DNA from: Abditibacteriaceae bacterium | GTDB lineage: Bacteria; Armatimonadota; Abditibacteriia; Abditibacteriales; Abditibacteriaceae | Reading direction: 5' to 3' | Assembly: GCA_031372065.1 (NCBI GenBank) | Contig: JANMKN010000070.1 | Span: 1 to 39,235, forward strand | Length of the DNA: 39,235 nt | Part shown: piece after piece, positions 1 to 8,480 of the stretch | Position numbering within the stretch: position 1 is the first letter of the stretch | Layout: every line of letters starts with the position of its first letter | Made by a program: the position numbers and the translations under genes | The notes under the pieces: model-generated | What the model saw: the letters and a program-made list of their open reading frames with translations, nothing else | Databases searched by the model: none | What the model was told of the DNA's origin: nothing

Positions 1-372
1 CTGGAGCACGACGCTTCCATCCCCGAGGCGCGCCGCGAGAGCATCGACCCCACAGCGCACGCCGAAATGCTCGCCTTGCGCGAAGCGGCGCAAACTCTGG
101 GCACTTGGCGACTTGAAAAAGTAACACTTTACGTCACGCTCGAACCATGCCCAATGTGCGCTGGCGCGATTTGGCTTTCCCGCCTTGAACGCCTTGTTTT
201 CGGCGCGTGGGAGCCAAAAAGCGGCGCTTGCGGCAGTGTTTTCGATATTCCACGCGACCCTCGCCTCAATCATCACCCGCAAGTGCGTGGCGGCGTGTTA
301 GAAGCCGAATGCGCCACATTATTAGAGGAGTTTTTCGAGGCGCGGCGCGCTGCGGGTTGGGCGTTCAAGTAA
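1..372 (+). CDS. tadA: tRNA adenosine(34) deaminase, 5'-truncated by the window edge
   Basis: Frame is open from base 1. It has DPTAHAE upstream of the ORF-track start, the TLEPCPMC zinc motif, and a C-terminal FF..RR pattern typical of TadA. Confidence 0.9.
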   Translation: MEHDASIPEARRESIDPTAHAEMLALREAAQTLGTWRLEKVTLYVTLEPCPMCAGAIWLSRLERLVFGAWEPKSGACGSVFDIPRDPRLNHHPQVRGGVLEAECATLLEEFFEARRAAGWAFK

Positions 373-445
373 CCTTTTAAAGGCGATAAAAGTTGGATGT
401 TGAGGTTAGCCGGGCAGATAGTGAAGCGGAACCATAAGAAAATTG

Positions 446-474
446 TTGCCCCGTGCGCGGGGTTTTGGTAGGCT
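446..474 (+). promoter_or_regulatory. Candidate sigma70-type promoter for rpsO
   Basis: TTGCCC-17 bp-TAGGCT with TG just upstream of the -10 box, 44 bp before the rpsO ATG. Confidence 0.35.
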
Positions 475-518
475 TACTTGGATAAAAAATTTGACATAAG
501 TCGAGGACAGAGAAGCAA

Positions 519-788
519 ATGAGTGTTGCCGAACGCATCAAACCGAGCGTGATTCAAGAACATCAGAAACACGCCACTGACACCGGCTCTCCGGAAGTGC
601 AGATTGCACTTCTCACCAGCCGCATTATTGAATTAACGGGTCATTTGAAGACTCACAAGAAAGACCACGCGTCGCGGTTGGGCCTGCTTCGCATGGTCGG
701 GCAACGTCGCCGCTTGCTGCGCTATGTTGCTAACAACGATGTCGCGCGTTACCGCGAAATTATCGGAAAACTCGGTCTGCGTCGTTAA
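519..788 (+). CDS. rpsO: 30S ribosomal protein S15
   Basis: 89 aa with [20 protein letters not shown] and a C-terminal LGLRR; lies upstream of pnp. Confidence 0.98.
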   Translation: MSVAERIKPSVIQEHQKHATDTGSPEVQIALLTSRIIELTGHLKTHKKDHASRLGLLRMVGQRRRLLRYVANNDVARYREIIGKLGLRR

Positions 789-800
789 AACCGAAAACCA

Positions 801-875
801 AGCCGCCAACTCGTGACTGCGCCGGACATCAAGCCTTTGCTTGATTGTTCGCGCTCATGTGTCTGGCGGTTTTTT
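801..875 (+). terminator. Long imperfect stem-loop with T-tract between rpsO and pnp (terminator and/or processing hairpin)
   Basis: Outer stem AGCCGCCA/TGGCGGTT, inner stem ATCAAGC-CTTT-GCTTGAT, then TTTTT. Confidence 0.6.
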
Positions 876-878
876 GTT

Positions 879-978
879 CAGTGGTCAGTGGCCGGTGGGC
901 AGTGGGCAGCAAACTTCTGTCCGCTTTTGTTCATGAAATTCACTACCTGACTACTGACCACTAACCACCGGCCACTGG
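879..978. repeat. Heptamer-periodic inverted repeat (CAGTGGN units)
   Basis: CAGTGGT CAGTGGC CGGTGGG CAGTGGG ... CTACTGA CCACTAA CCACCGG CCACTGG. Confidence 0.85.
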
Positions 979-980
979 AG

Positions 981-3302
981 ATGAGAATGGGAATACAAAA
1001 AGAAGCCGTCTCGCTGGATTTAGCGGGACGCACCCTCACAATCGAAACGGGCACCTTTGCCCACCAAGCCAACGGCAGCGTGACTGTGCGTTATGGCGAC
1101 ACCGTTGTTTTAGTCACGGCGACAATGGCAACCTCGCCGCGCCCCGGCATTGACTTTTTTCCGCTGACTGTTGATTTTGAAGAACGTATGTATGCCGCCG
1201 GGAAAATCCCCGGCAGCCGCTTTATCCGTCGCGAAACGCGTCCCGGCGAAGACGCCATTCTTAATGGCCGCCTCATTGACCGCAGCATTCGCCCTCGCTT
1301 CCCGAAAGATGCCGTCAACGATGTGCAAGTTGTCATCACCACCTTCGCGGTGGACGGCGAAAACGAACCGGATATTCCCGGTTTAATCGGCGCTTCGGCG
1401 GCCCTCGTTATCAGCGACATTCCGTTTAACGGCCCGATTTCGGGCATGAAAATCGGCATGGTGGACGGCGATTTAGTTATCAACCCGACGCACGAGCAAA
1501 TCGAAAACGGCCAGTTGGAATTGGTTGTTTCCTCCAGCGCCGAAGGCGTGATGATGATTGAAGCGGGCGGCCAGCAGATTGACGAAGAAACGATGACGCA
1601 AGCCATCGAAATGGCGCATCGCGTCAATCAATCCATCATTGCGCTGCAAAACGAACTGCGCGAAAAAGTCGGCAAGGCCAAAACCGAAATGCTGCTTCGC
1701 ACCGTGCCCGCCACTGTGGTAGACGCCGTGCAAACGCGCTTTGGCGCTGCGCTGCAAGCTGCTGTTCTCACGCCGATGAAAGGCGAACGCAACGTCGCTT
1801 TGGACAATTTGCGCAACGAAGTCAAAGAGACTTTGGCCGCTGAATTGGGCGATGAGGCTTCGTTTATCGGTGCCGCGATTGAAAAACTCGCCAAAAAATA
1901 CACGCGCAATGCCATTTTGGGCGAAGGCAAGCGTCCCGATGGTCGCAGTGCAGGCGAACTTCGTCAATTGGGCGCCAGCGTCAACATTTTGCCGCGCACC
2001 CATGGCACAGGCTTGTTCCAGCGCGGCGAAACTCAGGTTCTGACGATTGCCACGCTTGGTTCGCCGGGCGATGAAAAAATCATTGATTCGCTGGATGCCG
2101 TCGAAGAAAAGAAGCGCTACCTGCATCATTACAATTTTCCGCCATATTCGGTGGGCGAAGCGCGTTCGATGCGCGCTCCGGGCCGCCGCGAAATCGGTCA
2201 TGGCGCGCTGGCGGAAAAAGCCCTTGTGCCGGTTTTGCCTTCACAAAAATCGTTTCCCTACACGCTACGTTTGGTTTCGGAAGTGTTGTCCTCCAATGGC
2301 TCAACTTCGATGGCTTCGGTTTGCGGCTCCACGCTCGCTCTAATGGACGCGGGTGTGCCTATTGCTGCGCCGGTTGCTGGCATTTCGATTGGCCTGATTT
2401 TGGACGACAAAGACCCATCAAAGCGCGTGCTTTTGACGGACATCATCGGCATGGAAGATTTCTATGGCGACATGGATTTTAAAGTGGCGGGCACCAAAGA
2501 TGGCATCACGGCCATTCAGCTTGACACCAAAGCCGACTTTTTGCCGCTGGACATGATGAGCGAAGTGTTTTCGCAGGCGCGTGATGCGCGTTTGAAGATT
2601 CTCGAAACCATTCAAAGCGCCATCGAAACGCCGCGCAAAGACCTTTCGGAATTCGCGCCGCGCATTTTGACGGTCAACATTCCGGTTGAACGCATCGGCG
2701 AAGTGATCGGACCGGGCGGCAAAACGATTCGCAGCATTGTGGAACGCACGGGCGCCAAGATTGACATCGAAGACGACGGCACAGTTTTCATCACCTCCAC
2801 GCAAGCCAAGGGCGGCGAAGACGCGGCCAAAATCATCGTTGATATGACGCGCGAACTCGAAGTCGGCGAAGAATACACCGGCAAAGTCACGCGCTTGATG
2901 AATTTCGGCGCCTTTGTTGAAATTCTGCCCGGCAAAGAAGGCCTGATTCGCATTTCCGACTTGGCGTGGGATTATGTGAACAGCGTCGAAGATGTAGTCA
3001 ATATCGGCGACGAAGTGAAAGTGAAAGTCAGCGAAATTGACGATCAAGGCCGTGTCAATCTGAGCCGCAAAGCAATGATTGAAAAGCCCGAAGGCTACGT
3101 CGAACGCGCCCCGCGTGAACCCCGCGAAGGCGGCGACCGTGGCTCTCGCGGCAGTTTCGGTGGTGATCGCGGCGGACGTGGCGGCGACCGTGGCGGCGGC
3201 GGGGACCGTGGTGGCAGCGGCGGTGGAGATCGTGGCGGACGCGGCGGTTTCGGTGGCCCGCGTGGTGGCAGTGGCGGTGGAGATCGCGGCCCACGCCGGT
3301 AA
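981..3302 (+). CDS. pnp: Polyribonucleotide nucleotidyltransferase (PNPase)
   Basis: DFFPLTVD, RREIGHG, SNGSTSMAS and GDMDFKVAGT motifs; KH domain (IGPGGK) and S1 domain; GGAG RBS. The start could be 981 or 987. Confidence 0.98.
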   Translation: MRMGIQKEAVSLDLAGRTLTIETGTFAHQANGSVTVRYGDTVVLVTATMATSPRPGIDFFPLTVDFEERMYAAGKIPGSRFIRRETRPGEDAILNGRLIDRSIRPRFPKDAVNDVQVVITTFAVDGENEPDIPGLIGASAALVISDIPFNGPISGMKIGMVDGDLVINPTHEQIENGQLELVVSSSAEGVMMIEAGGQQIDEETMTQAIEMAHRVNQSIIALQNELREKVGKAKTEMLLRTVPATVVDAVQTRFGAALQAAVLTPMKGERNVALDNLRNEVKETLAAELGDEASFIGAAIEKLAKKYTRNAILGEGKRPDGRSAGELRQLGASVNILPRTHGTGLFQRGETQVLTIATLGSPGDEKIIDSLDAVEEKKRYLHHYNFPPYSVGEARSMRAPGRREIGHGALAEKALVPVLPSQKSFPYTLRLVSEVLSSNGSTSMASVCGSTLALMDAGVPIAAPVAGISIGLILDDKDPSKRVLLTDIIGMEDFYGDMDFKVAGTKDGITAIQLDTKADFLPLDMMSEVFSQARDARLKILETIQSAIETPRKDLSEFAPRILTVNIPVERIGEVIGPGGKTIRSIVERTGAKIDIEDDGTVFITSTQAKGGEDAAKIIVDMTRELEVGEEYTGKVTRLMNFGAFVEILPGKEGLIRISDLAWDYVNSVEDVVNIGDEVKVKVSEIDDQGRVNLSRKAMIEKPEGYVERAPREPREGGDRGSRGSFGGDRGGRGGDRGGGGDRGGSGGGDRGGRGGFGGPRGGSGGGDRGPRR

Positions 3303-3352
3303 ACAAACCACTTAATGCGTCTTTAGTGAGCCTTTCAATCCGCTGTCCATAC

Positions 3353-3389
3353 AAAAGGCCGGTAGCCATTGCTGGCTACCGGCCTTTTT
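3353..3389. terminator. Bidirectional intrinsic terminator
   Basis: AAAAGGCCGGTAGCCA-loop-TGGCTACCGGCCTTTTT between convergent genes. Confidence 0.85.
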
Positions 3390-3412
3390 GTCGCTTTAGC
3401 GCACTGTGCGCT

Positions 3413-3889
3413 TTACTTACATTCCAAGTCAATGGCCTGCACGGCCACAGTGAAAGTGCCGTTGGCGTTGACGTGAATTTTCAAGGTAGCGGTGCCCGAC
3501 AGATTATCGGAAGACCCCTGACTGGTCAAGCGAAATTTACCGCTTACAGTGGCATCGGCGGGCGCTTGCAAACTGGTCGCGCTGATTTTGCCGGTGCCGC
3601 TGGCCACATATTTTAAACCGCTGGACGTGCCTTCGCCTTTGATGCCCTGCGCGTTGATATGGCCGCTGACCGTGGTGTTGTCGCCGTTTGTTTTGCTTTG
3701 CAAAACAACGTGCAAATCGCCGCTCAACTGAACTTTCTCTCCGGTCTTGCAAGGGTTGACAACCGTCACATTGACCGGAATCTTCTCATTGAACTTGCCG
3801 TCTGCTGCCTGCGACGGGCCGGGCGTAAGCAGAGTGAGTGCGGCGGCCAAAAAGCTGCCCGTGACGGATTTCCACATGGTGTTTCTCAT
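3413..3889 (-). CDS. Hypothetical secreted beta-rich protein
   Basis: AAGGAG RBS, signal peptide ending SQA, alternating beta-strand pattern, and two Cys (NPC and a terminal ECK). Confidence 0.8.
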   Translation of the reverse strand: MRNTMWKSVTGSFLAAALTLLTPGPSQAADGKFNEKIPVNVTVVNPCKTGEKVQLSGDLHVVLQSKTNGDNTTVSGHINAQGIKGEGTSSGLKYVASGTGKISATSLQAPADATVSGKFRLTSQGSSDNLSGTATLKIHVNANGTFTVAVQAIDLECK

Positions 3890-3990
3890 TTTTTTACTCC
3901 TTGTGGCAAACGCTTCAAACGTTTGCCCCTAAAATTGCCTTTGTCATATCAAGCAAAAATAATACCAAAATGCCACGAGGCTGGTTTCTC

Positions 3991-5262
3991 ATGAATAATT
4001 CTCAATTTCAAAAGACGGTTTTGTCCAACGGTTTGCGCGTTTTGACCGAGTATCATCCCGAAGTGCGCAGCGTGACTTTGGGCCTGTGGATCGAAGCGGG
4101 CGCGGTTTACGAGCGCGAAAACGAGCGCGGTTTGGCGCATTTGCTGGAGCATTTGGTTTTCAAAGGCACCAAGCGCCGCGATGCGCAAAAAATCGCCGCG
4201 CTTATGGATTCCATCGGCGGCACTATGAACGCGTTTACTGACCGCGAACACGTTTGCTATCACGTTAAAGTTCTCGATGAGCATTTGCCGGTTGCCATTG
4301 ATTTGCTGTGCGACATGATAAGTTCGCCGCGCTTGGACGCCGCCGATTTGGAATTGGAAAAAGACGTAATTATCGAAGAAATCAAAGGCGTCGAAGACGT
4401 GCCGGAAGATTTGGTGCAGGAACTGTTTTCGCAAACAATTTGGCCGCGTTCGCGCTGGGGTCGCTCGATTTTGGGCACGCCGGAAAGCGTTATGAAGTTT
4501 TCTGCGGATGATTTGCGCCATTTCATTCAAACGCATTACACGCCGAAAAATGTTGTCGTTACCGCCGTCGGGCGCGTAAATCACGACGATATTGTTAAGC
4601 GCGCCGAAAAATTGTTGGCTGGTTTAGCGCCCGAAAACAAAGACCCGGCGCGCCGTCAGCCGCCGATTCCGACCATCAAAGCGCGCCGCGAAATTGTCTC
4701 GCGCGAAACCGAACAAGTGCATCTGGTGTGCGGCACCAAATCGTATGCGCACGACGACCCGCGCCGCTTTGCCGCGTGGACGCTCGATTCGGTTTTGACC
4801 GGCGGCTATTCGTCGCGTTTGTGGCAGGAACTGCGTGAAAAACGCGGACTTTGCTATTCGATTGGCGGCCTGACGGCCAATTATCGCAAAGGTGGCTTTT
4901 GGGCCGTCGAAGCGAGTTTGGCGGCTGATCACGCCCAAAAAGCCGTCAAACTCATCGGCAGCGAACTGCGCAAGATGAAGAAACACGGCATCACGCAAGC
5001 CGAATGGAAACGCGCCCGCCAACTGGCGCGCGTCAACCTGTTATTGGCCGAAGAAAGCAGCAGCGCCCAAATGGGCCGCATCGCGCGCAACGAAGTGTAT
5101 TTCGGTCACCAACGCAGCACCGACGAAGTTTTAGCCGACATGATGGCCGTCACGCCCGACGATGTGCAGCGCGTCGCCAATGAAATGTTCGACGCCAACC
5201 TGATGAACCTAACCGCCATCGGCCCGCTGGAAAACGATTCACTGATGGTGGATGTGGGATAA
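3991..5262 (+). CDS. M16 family (pitrilysin-like) zinc peptidase
   Basis: HLLEH inverted zinc motif, NAFT, SSRLWQELREKRGLCY; usual position after pnp. ATG 3991 preferred over 3901. Confidence 0.93.
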   Translation: MNNSQFQKTVLSNGLRVLTEYHPEVRSVTLGLWIEAGAVYERENERGLAHLLEHLVFKGTKRRDAQKIAALMDSIGGTMNAFTDREHVCYHVKVLDEHLPVAIDLLCDMISSPRLDAADLELEKDVIIEEIKGVEDVPEDLVQELFSQTIWPRSRWGRSILGTPESVMKFSADDLRHFIQTHYTPKNVVVTAVGRVNHDDIVKRAEKLLAGLAPENKDPARRQPPIPTIKARREIVSRETEQVHLVCGTKSYAHDDPRRFAAWTLDSVLTGGYSSRLWQELREKRGLCYSIGGLTANYRKGGFWAVEASLAADHAQKAVKLIGSELRKMKKHGITQAEWKRARQLARVNLLLAEESSSAQMGRIARNEVYFGHQRSTDEVLADMMAVTPDDVQRVANEMFDANLMNLTAIGPLENDSLMVDVG

Positions 5263-5268
5263 ATCGCC

Positions 5269-5799
5269 ATGCTGATTTTGTTGGGTATTCTTCTCGGAAA
5301 TGTGTGCGCCATTGCGGTTAATGGTTTTGCGTGGCATTTGCGGCGCAGGTATTGGTGGCAACTAATCGGTTTTGGTTTTGGGGGATTATTTTTTTTCTGC
5401 ATCTCTCAAGTTGGAATGTGGCAAGACATGAGATTTTATGCTCAAGGCGATGATTGGGCTTATTATCATGTTTGGTCTAAGTTGCGCAATCCCTATTTAT
5501 TTTTTGGCTTGCATGGAATTTTTTTGTTATTAGTTTCTGGGGTTGGATGGCTTCAGTCACGCCAAATTCAGTCCTTCTGGTGTCAAGGAGCATTTGCTCT
5601 TTGTGGTGAACTTGGATTGTGGTTTATTACGCTTTTTGCCGGAGTGTTTATATTGGGCGATATGCCGGAATTGTGTAGTGCTTTGGTAATAGCGTTTTTA
5701 ATTACGGCAGCAGTTTTAACGTTTCTGCGTCCTGTGTGCTTGCGCTGGGCACGCCCTATCTGGCAAGTTGTAACCGAAATGCGAACTCGCAAGCCATAA
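5269..5799 (+). CDS. Hypothetical multi-pass membrane protein (paralog 1)
   Basis: About five hydrophobic segments; shares GN..AI, SRQI.S.W, AL.GE and RP..L with 5828..6412. Confidence 0.75.
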   Translation: MLILLGILLGNVCAIAVNGFAWHLRRRYWWQLIGFGFGGLFFFCISQVGMWQDMRFYAQGDDWAYYHVWSKLRNPYLFFGLHGIFLLLVSGVGWLQSRQIQSFWCQGAFALCGELGLWFITLFAGVFILGDMPELCSALVIAFLITAAVLTFLRPVCLRWARPIWQVVTEMRTRKP

Positions 5800-5827
5800 T
5801 TCGATAGTGGATACGGGATAAAGACTA

Positions 5828-6412
5828 ATGCTCACGCTGAAACAAATTCTGTGGATTGGAAGCGCAATTTGCTGTGGGAATCTTGTAGCAATCTGGCTGC
5901 ACTGCCATGTTTGGGAGGTTCGCCAGCGCCGCCTTCACGGTTTGCGCGCTGTCGGTTATTTGAGTTTGGCTATCGTCATTTTTGTGTTGGCTGTTTGGTG
6001 GCGTGAAGCAGAAATACAATCTTTTTTTCGTGACTCTTGGGATGAAGTAAATGTAAGGCTGCGCTCACAACAACGCCGGCTGATTTCTTACATTGCAACT
6101 GCGCTGCTTGGGGGGACGTCGTTTTTAGGTTTTTTGCATAGTCGTCAAATTCCAAGTCGTTGGTGGGACGCATCAATCGCTCTTTTCGGCGAAATACTTT
6201 TGGCGTTCGTAGCTGGATGCATTTTTTTAGTGGTGTGGCAAATGTTTTTTGGTTGGCCTAAGTGGAATTTAGCCCAGCAAAATCAATGGAGTATTTTCTT
6301 TCTGTGGACATATGGAATTTCGCTTCTTTGCCTTGCACTTTTTCGCCCGTTTCTTCTAAAAATTTATGCTCAACTTTTGCAAATGCGGCGCGATTGGTTT
6401 AGGCTGAAATAG
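5828..6412 (+). CDS. Hypothetical multi-pass membrane protein (paralog 2)
   Basis: Same shared motifs as paralog 1; ends 2 bp before the dapB start. Confidence 0.75.
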   Translation: MLTLKQILWIGSAICCGNLVAIWLHCHVWEVRQRRLHGLRAVGYLSLAIVIFVLAVWWREAEIQSFFRDSWDEVNVRLRSQQRRLISYIATALLGGTSFLGFLHSRQIPSRWWDASIALFGEILLAFVAGCIFLVVWQMFFGWPKWNLAQQNQWSIFFLWTYGISLLCLALFRPFLLKIYAQLLQMRRDWFRLK

Positions 6413-6414
6413 CA

Positions 6415-7224
6415 ATGGGAAAAATCAAAGTTTTAGTTTCGGGCGCGGTGGGGCGCATGGGGCGCGAAGTGGTGAAGGCAGTTGTGGGCGATAGCGAAAC
6501 GCTGCTTGTCGGCGCGGTGGATAAAAACCTCGTCGGGCGTGATGCGGGCGAAATTGCGGGAGTAGAAACGCAAAATGTGGCGATTCAAGACGATTTAGCA
6601 AGCGCGCTGAAAAGTTCCGGCGCGCAAGTAGCGGTTGATTTTTCGACGCCGCAAGCAGTGCGCGCCAACATTCAAATCATGCTCGATTGCGGCGTCTCGC
6701 CGGTTGTCGGCACCACGGGTTTGAAGCAAAGCGATTTGGACGAGATCGAAGCGGCTTCGCGCGCGGCGGGCGTGCCGGTTTTTATCGCGCCGAATTTTGC
6801 CATCGGCGCGGTTTTGATGATGAAATACGCCGCCGACTGCGCGAAATTGTTCGATCACGCGGAAATTATCGAATATCATCACGAAAAGAAGCTGGACGCG
6901 CCCAGCGGCACGGCGTTTAAGACGGCGCAAGTGATGCTCGAAGCGCGCGGCGGCGATTTTGCCCGCGTGGGCGGCGATGATGAAAAAGACGGCTCTGCTG
7001 CGCCCGGTTCGCGCGGCGGGCAAATGGGCGGCATTGCCATTCATTCGGTGCGCACGCCCGGTTATTTGGCGCATCAGGAAGTTATTTTCGGCATGGCCGG
7101 TCAAACTTTAACCATTCGCCACGATACCATCACACGCGAATGTTATATGCCCGGCGTTTTGCGCGCCGTCAAAGCTGTGCGAAACTTGCAAGGCTTGACC
7201 TATGGGTTGGAAAAGATTTTGTGA
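6415..7224 (+). CDS. dapB: 4-hydroxy-tetrahydrodipicolinate reductase
   Basis: GAVGRMG, VVGTTG, APNFAIG, EYHHEKKLDAPSGTA, AHQEVIFG. Confidence 0.97.
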   Translation: MGKIKVLVSGAVGRMGREVVKAVVGDSETLLVGAVDKNLVGRDAGEIAGVETQNVAIQDDLASALKSSGAQVAVDFSTPQAVRANIQIMLDCGVSPVVGTTGLKQSDLDEIEAASRAAGVPVFIAPNFAIGAVLMMKYAADCAKLFDHAEIIEYHHEKKLDAPSGTAFKTAQVMLEARGGDFARVGGDDEKDGSAAPGSRGGQMGGIAIHSVRTPGYLAHQEVIFGMAGQTLTIRHDTITRECYMPGVLRAVKAVRNLQGLTYGLEKIL

Positions 7225-7397
7225 TGATTGATGAAACAAAGGCCACAAAAAGTCGGGCGCAGGAGCGGCGTGAAGAATTTATTTTTCGCGCTGCTAAATG
7301 GCCTGTTGTAGACAGATTTGCATGGCTGGGCAACGCACACGCTTTGTTGAATCTTTTAGAGAATCGCATCAATCAATTGAAAAACGAAGAAAGTTAA
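7224..7397 (+). CDS. Small hypothetical protein (57 aa)
   Basis: ATG overlaps the dapB stop (TGATG) and the stop lies 3 bp before asd, so the ORF fills the spacer exactly. Confidence 0.5.
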   Translation: MIDETKATKSRAQERREEFIFRAAKWPVVDRFAWLGNAHALLNLLENRINQLKNEES

Positions 7398-7400
7398 GAC

Positions 7401-8480
7401 ATGAGCAAGAAAAAAGTCGCCGTTATCGGCGCGACGGGCATCGCGGGACAGCAATTTTTGGCCGCGCTGCCCAATCACCCCGATTTTGAAGTGACCCACT
7501 TGGCGGCTTCGGCGCGCTCGGCGGGCAAGAAATATATTGATGCGCTGCGTGAACCATCGGGCGCTATCGGTTGGTGGTGCGATGAAGCACTCAGCGATGA
7601 ATATGCGCAAATGCCAGTCGTCAACGCCGAAGATTTGGACGCGCGCGAAGTGGATATTGTGTTCACGGCTGTCGAAAGCGATGCCGCGAAAACTTTGGAG
7701 CCGCGCTACGCGCAAACCACGCCGGTTGTTTCAACAGCCAGCGCGTTTCGCTACTTTGACGATGTGCCGATTTTTATTCCCGGCGTGAATAATTCGCACG
7801 TTGCACTGCTGAAAAAACAGCAAGAGCAGCGCGGTTGGAAAGGCTTTGTGACGCCGATTCCCAATTGCACCACAACCGGCCTTGCCATCACGCTCAAGCC
7901 GCTTTTCGATGCCTTTGGTGTTGAAGGTGTTATCATGACTTCGATGCAAGCGATGAGCGGTGCGGGTCGTCGAGGTGGCGTTTTGGGCTTGGACGCGATG
8001 GAAAATGTGATTCCTTATATTTCCGGCGAAGAAGAAAAAGTGCAAAAGGAAACGCAGAAAATCCTTGGTGCTATAGGCGAAAATGGCATTGTCGCAGCGA
8101 ATTTTCCTGTTTCGGCCACTTGCACGCGCGTTGGCGTGTTAGACGGGCATACCGAAGCGGTTTTTGTGGCGACAAAAGACGCGTGCAGCGCTGCCGATGC
8201 CGCGAAAGTGATGCGCGAATTCACCGGCGGTTTGGATGGTTTGCCATCTGCGCCGAATCCGATGATTCATGTTTTTGATGATCCGTTTCGGCCTCAGCCG
8301 CGCCGTGACCGCAATATGAATGAAGGTATGACAACAACGGTAGGGCGCCTGCGCGAAGAAACCGCGCTGGGCAAACATGGCGTGAAATATGTGTTGGTGT
8401 CGCACAACACCAAAATGGGTGCGGCGCGCGGCGCGATTCTCGTCGCGGAACTTTTGATGCGCGATGGATATATCCGATAG
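7401..8480 (+). CDS. asd: Aspartate-semialdehyde dehydrogenase
   Basis: GATGIAG, catalytic PNCTT, QAMSGAG, NVIPYISGEEEK, HNTKMGAA. Confidence 0.96.
   Translation: MSKKKVAVIGATGIAGQQFLAALPNHPDFEVTHLAASARSAGKKYIDALREPSGAIGWWCDEALSDEYAQMPVVNAEDLDAREVDIVFTAVESDAAKTLEPRYAQTTPVVSTASAFRYFDDVPIFIPGVNNSHVALLKKQQEQRGWKGFVTPIPNCTTTGLAITLKPLFDAFGVEGVIMTSMQAMSGAGRRGGVLGLDAMENVIPYISGEEEKVQKETQKILGAIGENGIVAANFPVSATCTRVGVLDGHTEAVFVATKDACSAADAAKVMREFTGGLDGLPSAPNPMIHVFDDPFRPQPRRDRNMNEGMTTTVGRLREETALGKHGVKYVLVSHNTKMGAARGAILVAELLMRDGYIR

Noticed and set aside
1..45. Atypical TadA residues (IPEARRES) before DPTAHAE, lacking the usual Asn
   Set aside because: At the window edge and too short to separate divergence from an assembly artefact.
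1091..3311. Long antisense ORFs opposite pnp, and similar ones opposite other genes
   Set aside because: Typical shadow ORFs of GC-biased coding strands, with no motifs.
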